Origin: Candidatus Uhrbacteria bacterium
Lineage (GTDB): Bacteria; Patescibacteriota; Patescibacteriia; UBA9934
Assembly (NCBI GenBank): GCA_943359525.1
Contig: CALRHV010000003.1
Location: 521-64,520, forward strand
DNA length: 64,000 bases
Direction: 5' to 3'
Shown here: positions 1-9,987 of the stretch, piece after piece
How positions within the stretch are numbered: position 1 is the stretch's first letter
Layout: every line of letters begins with the position of its first letter
Position numbers and translations under genes: made by a program
The notes under the pieces: model-generated
Database searches by the model: none
The model's input: the letters and a program-made list of their open reading frames with translations, nothing else
What the model was told of the DNA's origin: nothing

Positions 1-4
1 GGCG

Positions 5-772
5 TTGCATATTCCGTGCATTGTTTCAGCACAGCCGCATGGGGCGACGCTTGATGTGGAGCCGGATCTTGTTGGCCGTATTCGCGAGACGAATCCTGTT
101 GCGCATGACATTGTTATTGTGGAAATGCCGAATGTTTCTACGGAAGACAAGCTGCGTGAACTCGGGTTCGACGTGCACATCGTCGATCATCATCGGTACG
201 AATCGCTCGACCGAATGCGCAAAGAGAGCTCGCTTGAACAGATTCGTGCGTTGTTCGATATGGACGACACTACGCTCCGCATTGCTGGGTTCGATCCTGT
301 GTTGATTCGCGGTGTCGGCCTCATCGACCGTGGTTTTGTGTGGGAAATCGCAAAGGAGAACGTTCCCGAAGCCGATCGAAAGAGGATGATCGCGTATTAC
401 CGTGAACAAAATGCGATACTTGATCCAAATCGCATTCAAGAAGAGAAGGCAGCGAAGAGCGCGTGGAAGAATCGGAAAACAGTCGAAGGCGTTATTGTGG
501 TTACATCTGAAGACGCACATTTGAGTATTCGTGATGCGATTTCATTCTTGGTTGCGGAGGAATTTGAAACGCCGCCGGTGGTTATTATTTCTCAGCCCGG
601 AAGAATCGTGTACGTTCAAGACACCCCAACCGCTCTTGCGCTTCAACAGACATTTGGCGGTTTCACGTTTGGACAGAATTTGTGTTGGGGCAAGCCGATT
701 GATGCCAATGGGAATTTGCCGACGGTTAATGAAGTGATTTCTGCGCATCACCTTGCACTCCTGACGAAGTAG
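5..772 (+). CDS. DHH-family phosphoesterase (NrN-like), probably 5'-truncated by the window edge
   Basis: HIVDHH motif followed by SSLEQI; ORF starts at the window edge. Confidence 0.55.
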   Translation: MHIPCIVSAQPHGATLDVEPDLVGRIRETNPVAHDIVIVEMPNVSTEDKLRELGFDVHIVDHHRYESLDRMRKESSLEQIRALFDMDDTTLRIAGFDPVLIRGVGLIDRGFVWEIAKENVPEADRKRMIAYYREQNAILDPNRIQEEKAAKSAWKNRKTVEGVIVVTSEDAHLSIRDAISFLVAEEFETPPVVIISQPGRIVYVQDTPTALALQQTFGGFTFGQNLCWGKPIDANGNLPTVNEVISAHHLALLTK

Positions 773-773
773 T

Positions 774-1952
774 ATGGATTTTCTTGCAAAACCCGAGCAC
801 CGACTCACGCGGTCGGCTCATGCTCTTGTTGAAGAAATGCTTTCAGAATCTCGATTGATTGCTGCTCGAGACCAGTTCGCCGCCATCGCGCAGGGTATTC
901 CTTCCATCTCGGCGTTATCGACCACGCCGCAAACCGCACCTCGTCATTGCGAAGGGCCGTTTGTTGCCGATCACATTGTTCGTGCTTTTGTCGCGATCGA
1001 TGCGATTGTAGAGGGAGGGTCAATGCGGAACTGCGAAGACATCGCCACGGATCCGGTGCTCTCGCTCGCATTACTCGATGCCGAAGATGCGATTCGTGAC
1101 TATCCTGATGCATTTCGCGCCTTCGTCGTCATGCACAATATCGCGAAGCCTGATCGATTATTGTTGGTCGCGAATGCTGGATCGGCGGGGGAGAAAGAGG
1201 GGTTTGTGCGGTCGAATCGACGATCCGATGAATATTCAACATCGTCCGAGCTTCATCGATACGACAAAATGCGACGTGCACACAATGGTGATAACACATC
1301 GTGGTTCGCGGAGTCCGGAATCGTTGCAATATACGACGATGCCGATCGTGCGGTGATCGCGCCGCAGTACGCCGAAATTCGTGCGGCAATCATTCGCTGT
1401 TTCGATCTCGAATATGCGTATGAAAAGTTCATTGCGGAGCTGTGTTGGAGTCACGATGACGTCGAGGAGTTCTTTGCGACGCCCGGAAACGAATCGGAGT
1501 TCGGCGTGTTTGCGGCTCGCGCAGGCAAAGCTGGGCTGAACGTGGAGAAATTTTTGGATGCGCTGCTCGCAATCGCACTCATCGATCACGGTGTTGGTCG
1601 TTTGAACCTCGTCAACGATCGCGCGCAGACCGATCTCGGCATCTTTCATCGATTCGTGAGTGCCGAACATGCAGCAATGCCGGAGCGGTTTGCTGCTCGA
1701 GAAGCTCGGCAGGCTCACGCTCGCAAGCTCAGAATCAAGGCGATCCTTGGCGACTCTGGCCTTGCGCCTGAAGCAATCTTCGCATTATTGAAGACGCCAA
1801 TCGGTCCAGAACGCGGCGTGGTCATGGAGCACGTGTATCAGGTGATTCGTGGCGAATCGAAGGGAGAAGTCTTCGCCGACCATACTGAGCATCTTCGAGA
1901 ATGCGCCCACCGTGCACAGAAGCTCCTCGCGGCTGAAGGGCTTTCAGTATAA
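774..1952 (+). CDS. HD-domain-like protein resembling the C-terminal half of CCA-adding enzymes (HD replaced by HN)
   Basis: PRHCEG...H, MHNIAKP (canonical HDxxKP), C-terminal PIGPERGVVM tail motif; 392 aa, starts 1 nt after the upstream stop. Confidence 0.5.
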   Translation: MDFLAKPEHRLTRSAHALVEEMLSESRLIAARDQFAAIAQGIPSISALSTTPQTAPRHCEGPFVADHIVRAFVAIDAIVEGGSMRNCEDIATDPVLSLALLDAEDAIRDYPDAFRAFVVMHNIAKPDRLLLVANAGSAGEKEGFVRSNRRSDEYSTSSELHRYDKMRRAHNGDNTSWFAESGIVAIYDDADRAVIAPQYAEIRAAIIRCFDLEYAYEKFIAELCWSHDDVEEFFATPGNESEFGVFAARAGKAGLNVEKFLDALLAIALIDHGVGRLNLVNDRAQTDLGIFHRFVSAEHAAMPERFAAREARQAHARKLRIKAILGDSGLAPEAIFALLKTPIGPERGVVMEHVYQVIRGESKGEVFADHTEHLRECAHRAQKLLAAEGLSV

Positions 1953-1980
1953 GATTTGTACGGATCCGATGAAGCCCTCC

Positions 1981-2061
1981 GTCATTCTGAGCGGAGCGAA
2001 GAATCTCTCGTAGGATATTCAGGATAACCTGCGAGAGATGTTTCGCTTCGCTCAACATGAC
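1981..2061. repeat. REP-like palindrome (GTCATT...ATGAC family)
   Basis: gtcattctgagcggagcgaagaatctctcg ... cgagagatgtttcgcttcgctcaacatgac forms an imperfect inverted repeat. Confidence 0.75.
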
Positions 2062-2087
2062 TGACTGCAGAGTCGTTTAGGTATTTT

Positions 2088-2642
2088 ATGATCGCATACT
2101 TGGACGGAACAATTACTGGTTTGGAATCCGACGGCGTGCTCTTGGAAGTGAGCGGCGTTGGGTATCGTGTTTTTGTTGCACGACAGAAATCTGAGATTGG
2201 AGAAAGGACCAAATACTGGATCAGTGAGATTATCCGTGAGGACAAACATGACTTGTACGGATTCTCTGACCGGTCCGACCAGGCCCTTTTTGAAGAATTC
2301 ATGGGCGTGTCCGGCGTTGGGCCGAAGCTCGCGCAGAAAATACTTGCTTCAGGATCGGCGGAAGAGATCATCCGTCACATTCACACTGACGACGTTGCAT
2401 TCTTTAATGCGATCTCGGGAGTAGGGAAAAAGACGGCGCAGAAGATTATTCTCGATTTGAAGGGTGTACTTGTTCTCGAGGAGAAGACCGAAGCAGGGTC
2501 GGTGCAATCCGATGTTTCCGACGCACTTGAAAGCCTCGGTTACTCAAAGGCGGATATTTCGGGAATTGCAAAAGATATTACTGGCGAAACTACTGAATCT
2601 CGCGTAAAGTCGGCATTAAAGTTGTTATCTCGCCACGTATGA
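2088..2642 (+). CDS. ruvA: Holliday junction branch migration protein RuvA
   Basis: MIAYLDG, GVGYRV, LYGF, VSGVGPKLA, GVGKKTAQKIILDLK, ALESLGY motifs. Confidence 0.97.
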   Translation: MIAYLDGTITGLESDGVLLEVSGVGYRVFVARQKSEIGERTKYWISEIIREDKHDLYGFSDRSDQALFEEFMGVSGVGPKLAQKILASGSAEEIIRHIHTDDVAFFNAISGVGKKTAQKIILDLKGVLVLEEKTEAGSVQSDVSDALESLGYSKADISGIAKDITGETTESRVKSALKLLSRHV

Positions 2643-3610
2643 CGACCGAATATTCGCAACAAGAATGGGACGCGCAGGTTGCACGCTTCGCTCCGGCAAG
2701 TGGTGCATTCTTGCAGTCGTTTGCGTGGGGGGAGTTTCAGAAGAGTCAGGGAAGGGAAGTAAAACGAATCATCGGAACCAACGGCGACAAAACGATGGTC
2801 GCGCAGGCGGTGAAGCTTTCGGCACCGCTCGGAATCTCGTACTGGCTGGTGCCGAAGGGCCCGCTTGGTGATGCGTCGCCAACATTCATGCGAAAGACAT
2901 TGGTCGCCGAACTCGGAATCGGTGTTGATTACATTCGCACGGAATCAATAGAGCAGTTGCCGAAAACGATCTCGGCGAAGGAAATGCATCCGCAAACCAC
3001 GCGACTTCTTGATCTGACGAGGGGATACGAAGTTGTGTTCAATGATTTCAATCCAAAAACGCGTTACAACACACGGCTCGGTCGGAAAAAAGGTGTTGAG
3101 GTTGCATTCGTTGGACTCGACCGCTTCGAGGATTTCGTGACATTGATGGCACAGACGGCGGAGCGTGATGAATTCCACATTCATGAGAACGAATACTACC
3201 GCGCCATGCTCGAAGCGCTCGGCAACGAGCCGTCGTGTCTCGCAAGGCTCGCGCTTGCATCGAAGGACGGAGTTCCTTTGGCTGTCGCACTATCGATCGA
3301 CGCCTTCGGTACGCGAACATACCTCCACGGAGCATCGGGAAACCAAATGCGCGAACTCAAATCACCCCAAGTGCTTCAAGATTTCGTTATTCAAGATGCG
3401 TGCGAAAAAGGATTATCTCATTACGACTTCTGGGGAATCGCTCCTCCTGGCGCAACCGAAAAACATTCTTGGTGGGGAATCACCCGTTTCAAAGAAGGCT
3501 TCGGTGGCTACGTGTACGCCACCGCCGGCACATTTGATATTCCGGTGAATGTGGGAAAGTACGGGCTGTATCGGGCTGCGAGATTTATAAGGGGTGTAAT
3601 CGGGAAATAG
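2639..3610 (+). CDS. FemAB/FemX-family peptidoglycan bridge aminoacyltransferase
   Basis: FLQSFAWGEFQ, PKGP, KTRYNTR, YLHGAS, YDFWGI, GITRFKEGFGG. Confidence 0.9.
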   Translation: MTTEYSQQEWDAQVARFAPASGAFLQSFAWGEFQKSQGREVKRIIGTNGDKTMVAQAVKLSAPLGISYWLVPKGPLGDASPTFMRKTLVAELGIGVDYIRTESIEQLPKTISAKEMHPQTTRLLDLTRGYEVVFNDFNPKTRYNTRLGRKKGVEVAFVGLDRFEDFVTLMAQTAERDEFHIHENEYYRAMLEALGNEPSCLARLALASKDGVPLAVALSIDAFGTRTYLHGASGNQMRELKSPQVLQDFVIQDACEKGLSHYDFWGIAPPGATEKHSWWGITRFKEGFGGYVYATAGTFDIPVNVGKYGLYRAARFIRGVIGK

Positions 3611-3626
3611 TTTCTCTAAAAACGAG

Positions 3627-3656
3627 AACGCCCCGGCTTTCGTGGCCGGGGGTTCG
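3627..3656. terminator. GC-rich hairpin between convergent femX-like gene and tdk
   Basis: gaacgccccggc-tttcgtg-gccgggggttc. Confidence 0.6.
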
Positions 3657-3671
3657 TGGGGTGCGTGTTGT

Positions 3672-4241
3672 TCACGGCTTCGGTGTGAAGTGCGCGAAGC
3701 AGCGAGCCTCGTATTCGTCGTCTCCGATGACGATGTTGCCGCCGTCGGTGGGGAGTTGTGCGAGGAGCTGCGACCAATGGGCGCGATCTCCGCACTGTGT
3801 GCACCAGGCGTGGCGTCGATGAACGTCCTGCGTAGTGTTCGCGATCTCGGCGACGACGGGGAACGGCAGGCCGTAGAAGTCGTAGTCGAGTCCAGCGACG
3901 ATGACGTCCTGACCCCGATCGCGCAGAGCGACGATGAGCCGAACGATCTCTCGGGGCGCGAACTGCACCTCATCGAAGGCGATGACGTTCGCTTCGGGAT
4001 CGATGAGATCGTGAAGCTCCGCGATGGTCTCGAAGCTAACGGAGGGCTCCTCGAGACCTTTGCGGCTCTGACAGACGCCCCGATCCCGAGTGTTCGTTCG
4101 GGGGTTGAAGAGTTGGAACCGCTGACGGCCATGGTCGCGGCGGAGCCTGAGATCGCTCAGGAGCGCCTCGGACTTTCCGCTGAACATCGGTCCACAATAC
4201 ACCGTGATGACGCCAACCTTCGGAAGCGCGCGCAATGTCAT
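3672..4241 (-). CDS. tdk: Thymidine kinase
   Basis: GPMFSGKS Walker A, DEVQF, AGLDYDF, C-x2-C zinc site, IGDDEYEARC; start refined to ATG at 4241. Confidence 0.93.
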   Translation of the reverse strand: MTLRALPKVGVITVYCGPMFSGKSEALLSDLRLRRDHGRQRFQLFNPRTNTRDRGVCQSRKGLEEPSVSFETIAELHDLIDPEANVIAFDEVQFAPREIVRLIVALRDRGQDVIVAGLDYDFYGLPFPVVAEIANTTQDVHRRHAWCTQCGDRAHWSQLLAQLPTDGGNIVIGDDEYEARCFAHFTPKP

Positions 4242-4303
4242 GAACTGTCTCCTGGGTGAACGGATACATTCTAAGCGATCGGAGAGATTCGAAAACTTTG
4301 TCC

Positions 4304-4362
4304 CGTGGATAAGTATGTGTTGTGCACAGCTTGTCCTTTGAGTTGAACACATTTTGTCCACA
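4304..4362. promoter_or_regulatory. Cluster of DnaA-box-like 9-mers in the divergent tdk/GT4 intergenic region
   Basis: cgtggataa (rc TTATCCACG) 4304-4312, ttgtgcaca 4320-4328, ttgtccaca 4354-4362. Confidence 0.4.
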
Positions 4363-4382
4363 CGGCGTGATAAAATGGGGAT

Positions 4383-5519
4383 ATGAGAATCGGAATTGAC
4401 GCAAGATTCTACGGTCCACGCGTTGGAGGCGGCGGTCTCGGCCGTTACACCGCAGAATTAGTGACGGCATTGCAGGCGGTAGACAAGGAAAATGAGTACG
4501 TGCTTTTTTTGCGCAAGGAAAACTTTCACGAGTGTGCCATTACCAACGGAAACTTTACCAAACGCATGGTGGATGTTCCGTGGTATTCGTTTGCAGAACA
4601 ACGAGAAATGCCCCGCGAAATTGCGTTGGCCAAAGTGAACCTCATGCACTATCCGCATTGGAATGTGCCGATTTTCTCCCGTGTGCCGTTTGTGGTGACG
4701 ATTCACGATCTGATCCTCCTCGAGGACCCTGCGTCGTCGCGCGCCACAACACGGAATGCGTTTCTGTACGGCATCAAGAGCATCGGTTACCGCATTACGC
4801 TCGAAGTTGCGATTCATCGCAGTAAGCATATCGTGGCCATTTCGCAATACACCAAGCGATCAATCCTTGAGCACTTCCGAGTGCCCGGCGGAAAAATTTC
4901 CGTGGTGTACAACGGCGTTCGTCCGCCAGTGGGTGCTGAAAAAGTATCGCTTGCAGAGCTTGGTGTGCAGCAGCCGTACATCCTGTCCGTCGGCAACGCG
5001 TATCCGCATAAAAATCTTGAGACGACACTTCTCAGCTTCCGCAAACTCTGTTCTTCCGACGAGCGAACCATGCTTGTGCTCGCCGGAAAGCGCGATATGT
5101 TTGTGGAAAAACTTGAGGCATTCGCGCTCGAGATTGGCATTCCGTCATCACGAATCCGTTTCGTGAATACCCCAACAGATGCGGTGCTCGCGCGGCTCTA
5201 TCACGACGCAGCGCTCCTGGTCATCGCTTCTCGCATTGAAGGCTTCGGCATTCCGCCGTTGGAGGCGTTGGCACTCGGTATTCCTGTGGCAGCGAGCCAT
5301 GCATCGTCATTACCAGAGGTGCTTGGTGACGCGGTTCGGTACTTTACTCCCGATGATGAAGACACGCTCGCCCGACTTATGCTCAACGCCGTGTATCAGC
5401 CCAGTGCGTGGCATAGCCTTCAGGCGTCAGGCATTTGCCAGGCCGAGAAGTTTTCTTGGAAGAAAACAGCGCTTGCGATGCGCGACATTTACCGAAATTT
5501 TGCAGACCGACGATTGTGA
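4383..5519 (+). CDS. Glycosyltransferase family 4 (GT-B)
   Basis: MRIGIDAR, GGLGRY, TIHD, PHKN, EGFGIPPLEA, FSW. Confidence 0.92.
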   Translation: MRIGIDARFYGPRVGGGGLGRYTAELVTALQAVDKENEYVLFLRKENFHECAITNGNFTKRMVDVPWYSFAEQREMPREIALAKVNLMHYPHWNVPIFSRVPFVVTIHDLILLEDPASSRATTRNAFLYGIKSIGYRITLEVAIHRSKHIVAISQYTKRSILEHFRVPGGKISVVYNGVRPPVGAEKVSLAELGVQQPYILSVGNAYPHKNLETTLLSFRKLCSSDERTMLVLAGKRDMFVEKLEAFALEIGIPSSRIRFVNTPTDAVLARLYHDAALLVIASRIEGFGIPPLEALALGIPVAASHASSLPEVLGDAVRYFTPDDEDTLARLMLNAVYQPSAWHSLQASGICQAEKFSWKKTALAMRDIYRNFADRRL

Positions 5520-8101
5520 AGGCAAACCGCGACAATCTGAATCAATACGATGACGCTCTGCCAGAGCGATTTTCTGATTTTCATCGAAATGACAACGCGA
5601 AGAAGTTGCATATCCATCAGGGCGTGGGGGAGCCTTCGCCGTACATCGTAAAACTTTCTCGTGCGGAATCGGTTGTGCAGCCCGTTATGAGCGTTGCCGA
5701 GGAAATTGAGGCACTCGCAAAGAGCCTCATTATTGATGGCGACGATGAGCAGCTTTCGCTTGAATCGAATCAGGAACACGAGGATCTTGGAATCGATTTT
5801 GCAGATATTTCAGCTCAACTTCGCGAGGCTGATACTGTTATGCCGCGATCAGCTGCACCGAGGGCAAAGCGTATTGCCGCGAAATCGAACGTGCCGAGTA
5901 TGTCGCTCGACGACGCGCTTGCGGCATTTATAGAGTCCCCAGTGTCGCTCGAAGCATTGGTGCCGATGACAGCAGTTGTTGAAGAACGGTCGCTGGAATC
6001 AATTACGCAGGAACAATTCACATCGGATGCACCGTCGTCACCGTGGGTTATTGCAGACCCTCTTCGAGGGGCTCCTTCTTCTATATTTCGGAAGGTTATT
6101 CGCTTCGAATGGGGTTTTTTACAACATGCACCAGTTCGCGCGCTCGTAGCATTCATGATGCTTTCTTTCGTTGTCGTGTTGCCATTGCATGCCATGCAAA
6201 CACTTTCGGGCACTGCGCATCAAGTTGGGGCGGTGAAGGATATCGGTATCGCGGCGTTGGACGATGTATCTCGAGCGACGTCGGCACTCAGTGCTCGTGA
6301 TTTTGGTGCAGCGCAAACAAACTTTTCTGCTGCGGCAGCAAAGTTTGCGAACGCACAGGACTCGTTGAATGATCTCCATGACGGCGTTGTTGCGTTGGTG
6401 AACGTTATTCCACAAACCGATCGAACGTATGAATCGGTACGTGGATTGGTGACGGCCGGTCAGGAGTTGTCGCAGACGGCGTCGATCATGACCCAGGCGG
6501 GAAGTGGAATCTCTTCACAGTCCTCTACAGATATTGTCACAAAGCTGAATTTACTCGGCGCGTATATTGAGAATGCGCTTCCGCACGCGTTAGCAGCACA
6601 GGCAGCGCTCGCAAAAGTGAATTCCGATGTCGTCCCAGCACAATACACAGAAAAGATAGCAAAGCTTCAATCGGAAACTCCGGCAATCGCAGCATCAATG
6701 CAGGAGTTCTTAAAGTTTGTACACACACTAACGTTCTTGTTGGGCGGGGAGAGTAAAATGCGATACCTTACATTATTCCAGAACAACACGGAACTTCGTC
6801 CAACTGGTGGATTCGTTGGAAGCTTCGCGGAGGTAGATATGGACAATGGTGCCATTGCCAACATGCGCCTGCCTGGTGGGGGAACGTACGACGTCCAAGG
6901 ACAGCTCGATACATTCGTAGAAGCGCCAAAACCACTGTCGTTAATTAATCCTCGCTGGGAATTCCAGGACGGAAATTGGTTCCCAGATTTTCCAACGTCT
7001 GCAAAAAAGATGCAGTGGTTTTATGAACACGCCGGCGGGCCAACAACTGATGGCGTGATTGCGGTGAACGCGACGTTCGTTGAAAAACTGCTCGACGTGG
7101 TTGGTCCAATTGAAATGCCGGAATACGGTTTAATAATCAATGCTGAGAATTTCCTCTTCGCTACAGAAAAGGCCGTTGAAATAGACGCAGACAAAACAAA
7201 AAACACACCAAAAGCGATTCTTGGCGACATGGCACCAAAACTTATTGACAAGGTGAAGGCTGCTGATGCAAAGATGTTGGTGAAGATTGTGATGCTCATT
7301 GAACAAGGATTATTGGAACGCGATATCCAAGTGTATTTCCGCGATAACGACGCGCAAAAGGCAATGCAAGAGTTGGGCTTTGCCGGTGAGATCGAGCAAA
7401 CCGCTGGTGATTATCTTATGGTCGTTGATACGAATATTGGCGGAGGAAAAACGGACGCGGTGATTGACCAGACGATCGATCTTGAAGTGAATATTTCGGA
7501 AACGGGAACAATTGTGGACGATCTTACGTTCACTAAAACGCATCACGGCATGGCGAATGCGTTGTTCAGCGGAAAAAATAACGTCGATTACGTTCGGTTT
7601 TATGTTCCCGAGGGAAGCGTGTTGCTCTCGGCAGATGGATTCGAGCCACCGTCGCAGAATCTTTTTGAGCCGTCGGACATTCCGCTGAGCTTGGACGACG
7701 ATCTTTCCATTGTGATGAGCGGCCAAACACGCGATGCAATTTCGGGCATGGATATTTGGAATGAATTTGGAAAGACGGTGTTTGGCGGTTGGATGCAGAC
7801 GGCGCCTGGGGAGACGCAGGTTGTTCATATGTCGTATCGCATCCCGCAGGTGCTCTTCTCTGCGGATTCTGATACATCGTTCCTTGCTCGCGCTCGTCGT
7901 CAGCTTGGATTTGATAGTCATGACGGGTATTCAATGCTCGCACAAAAACAGTCCGGTGTGGTGTCGCGAACAACGACGGTACATCTGAACTATCCATCGG
8001 CATTCACAACGTACTGGACGAACATTGCCACAGACGATACGGATATTTCGACGTTCAATAACACTCGCGACGCGTTCTCTGGGTGGATTTTGAATCGGTA
8101 A
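5516..8101 (+). CDS. DUF4012 domain-containing membrane-anchored protein
   Basis: FQNNTELRPTGGFVGS, DGNWFPDFPTSA, DGVIAVN, NIGGGKTD, YVRFYVPEGS; GTG start overlapping the upstream TGA. Confidence 0.85.
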   Translation: MKANRDNLNQYDDALPERFSDFHRNDNAKKLHIHQGVGEPSPYIVKLSRAESVVQPVMSVAEEIEALAKSLIIDGDDEQLSLESNQEHEDLGIDFADISAQLREADTVMPRSAAPRAKRIAAKSNVPSMSLDDALAAFIESPVSLEALVPMTAVVEERSLESITQEQFTSDAPSSPWVIADPLRGAPSSIFRKVIRFEWGFLQHAPVRALVAFMMLSFVVVLPLHAMQTLSGTAHQVGAVKDIGIAALDDVSRATSALSARDFGAAQTNFSAAAAKFANAQDSLNDLHDGVVALVNVIPQTDRTYESVRGLVTAGQELSQTASIMTQAGSGISSQSSTDIVTKLNLLGAYIENALPHALAAQAALAKVNSDVVPAQYTEKIAKLQSETPAIAASMQEFLKFVHTLTFLLGGESKMRYLTLFQNNTELRPTGGFVGSFAEVDMDNGAIANMRLPGGGTYDVQGQLDTFVEAPKPLSLINPRWEFQDGNWFPDFPTSAKKMQWFYEHAGGPTTDGVIAVNATFVEKLLDVVGPIEMPEYGLIINAENFLFATEKAVEIDADKTKNTPKAILGDMAPKLIDKVKAADAKMLVKIVMLIEQGLLERDIQVYFRDNDAQKAMQELGFAGEIEQTAGDYLMVVDTNIGGGKTDAVIDQTIDLEVNISETGTIVDDLTFTKTHHGMANALFSGKNNVDYVRFYVPEGSVLLSADGFEPPSQNLFEPSDIPLSLDDDLSIVMSGQTRDAISGMDIWNEFGKTVFGGWMQTAPGETQVVHMSYRIPQVLFSADSDTSFLARARRQLGFDSHDGYSMLAQKQSGVVSRTTTVHLNYPSAFTTYWTNIATDDTDISTFNNTRDAFSGWILNR

Positions 8102-8104
8102 CAT

Positions 8105-9985
8105 ATGCTTACCAAACGGAGGTACGCGCACCATGAAGAGGTTGATATCGATGCGAGCCTTTCGGCGATTTATGGCGACGAGCGTGATGACCTAAAGATT
8201 GTGACAAGAGGTGGATCGCGATTGACACGGTTTTTGATTCGAACCATCGGTATCCTGTTGGTAGTCTGCCTACTCTCGCTTGGTGGTTTTGCGGTGTATT
8301 CCAGATACTTTGGACCGGAACAGCAGGGTAAACCGTTAACCATGGCGTTCACTGCGTCCGATGAGCTGCAGAGCGGCGCTCCGGTGACGATTGAATTTGA
8401 CTACGCTAATCAAACATCGTACCCGCTAACAAATGTTGAAATCGATATCAATCTTCCAGCAGGATTCGTGATGAAGTCGTCCACGCCATCGATGACAAGT
8501 GTGAACGATATGGTGTTTAACCTCGGAACGATTTCCGGAAAGAGCGACGGAAAAATTCTCATCGACGGCATTTGGAATTCCGACGTGCCAAGTTCAACAG
8601 GAATTCAGGCATTGGCATCCTACCAGCCGGCGAATTTCAATGCGCAGTTTCATGACATTGCCACGAAAACGATTGTTACAAACATGAGTACAACCATTGT
8701 GGTGGTCGATGCGCCGGTCACGGTAAATGTAGGGGAAGTAGTAACCTATACCATTCACGTTAAGAATGCGGGAACGGAAACGATTGTGGCGCCGCAGGTG
8801 GAGCTGACGCTTCCAACAGGATTCTTTGTACAGACAAGTGTTCCATTGTCGGCTCCCGGCGGTGCGCTGACGTATACGTTGCCTGACATTCTTCCTGTAG
8901 TACCCGCGGTCGATCCGATTGTTGCCGATACAACAGCCACCGGGGTCGTCGTTCCTGCAGCGTTGACTGTTTCAGAATCAACAATTGTGGTGACGGGGAC
9001 ATTTGCATCAGATGCATCCGGAATGCAGACACTCACGGCGGTGAGTGGAATTTCTGGCGCTCGATTTTCTCCACAAACGACAGCGACGGCGATTACCGAT
9101 GTGAAGGGAAGCGCATTGTCGCTTCTGATGGTTGGTAATGGATCGCAAGGAACGGTGGTCGCGGATCCAGGATCGTTATTCCGTGTTGCACTCCGCATTG
9201 AAAACACAAGCGATGTTGCGGTGAGTGATGTAATCGCGCTTCTGGATTTCGCCGCCGAGGACAACCTTCCGATCGATTGGGGAACTGCAGTGCTTGCTGG
9301 TGGAAAGGTGACAGCAAGTGGCATTACATTCGATGCGAAAACGATTGGCACTATTGCGGCAGGGAGCCACAAAACGCTCGACCTGGCGTTCCCAATGAAG
9401 CTCGATCTTACCGCAGTGAGCAGCACATTCACTGTGGCGTTCAGTGCAACGCGCGGCACAATAACCGTCCAGGCTTCGCCACTCACGGTACAGCTGAACT
9501 CCGATGCGGCGGTCTTTAGTATGTTGCGATACTTCGACGACGATGGCGCGCCACTTGGAAGCGGTCCGTTGCCGCCAGTGGTTGGAAGCACCACGCATTA
9601 TCGTGCGCTTTGGACGATTGCAAGCGGCTTGCATGGCTTGAATACCATTACGGTTTCCGCAACGCTTCCCGAAGGTGTAACATGGGACGACTTTTCTACT
9701 GCAACAAGCGGATCAATATCCTACGACGCCGGAACGCGAACGGTTCGCTGGACTACATCGAGCATTCCGGCAGGATCCGCAGCTGTTACTGCGCGATTCA
9801 GCGTATCCATCACCCCAACAGTCGCCGACGTCGGCCTTGCAAAAACATTGGTTGGAAAAACAGTTTTGAACGCCAAAGACGACATGACCGGAGCAGTGCT
9901 CGAACGATCAGCCGATGCGGTGACGACGGAATGTGAAGGCGATGTGTTGGCAACGGGGAAGGGAACGGTGAAGGCGGGAATGTAA
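8105..9985 (+). CDS. Membrane-anchored Ig-like/DUF11-repeat surface protein
   Basis: N-terminal TM, beta-rich repeats (GEVVTYTIHVKN), GSGPLPPVVGSTTHY motif typical of CPR proteins. Confidence 0.7.
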   Translation: MLTKRRYAHHEEVDIDASLSAIYGDERDDLKIVTRGGSRLTRFLIRTIGILLVVCLLSLGGFAVYSRYFGPEQQGKPLTMAFTASDELQSGAPVTIEFDYANQTSYPLTNVEIDINLPAGFVMKSSTPSMTSVNDMVFNLGTISGKSDGKILIDGIWNSDVPSSTGIQALASYQPANFNAQFHDIATKTIVTNMSTTIVVVDAPVTVNVGEVVTYTIHVKNAGTETIVAPQVELTLPTGFFVQTSVPLSAPGGALTYTLPDILPVVPAVDPIVADTTATGVVVPAALTVSESTIVVTGTFASDASGMQTLTAVSGISGARFSPQTTATAITDVKGSALSLLMVGNGSQGTVVADPGSLFRVALRIENTSDVAVSDVIALLDFAAEDNLPIDWGTAVLAGGKVTASGITFDAKTIGTIAAGSHKTLDLAFPMKLDLTAVSSTFTVAFSATRGTITVQASPLTVQLNSDAAVFSMLRYFDDDGAPLGSGPLPPVVGSTTHYRALWTIASGLHGLNTITVSATLPEGVTWDDFSTATSGSISYDAGTRTVRWTTSSIPAGSAAVTARFSVSITPTVADVGLAKTLVGKTVLNAKDDMTGAVLERSADAVTTECEGDVLATGKGTVKAGM

Positions 9986-9987
9986 AT

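Noticed and set aside
3642-4259. 205-aa + strand ORF
   Set aside because: Antisense shadow of tdk, which has full thymidine kinase motifs
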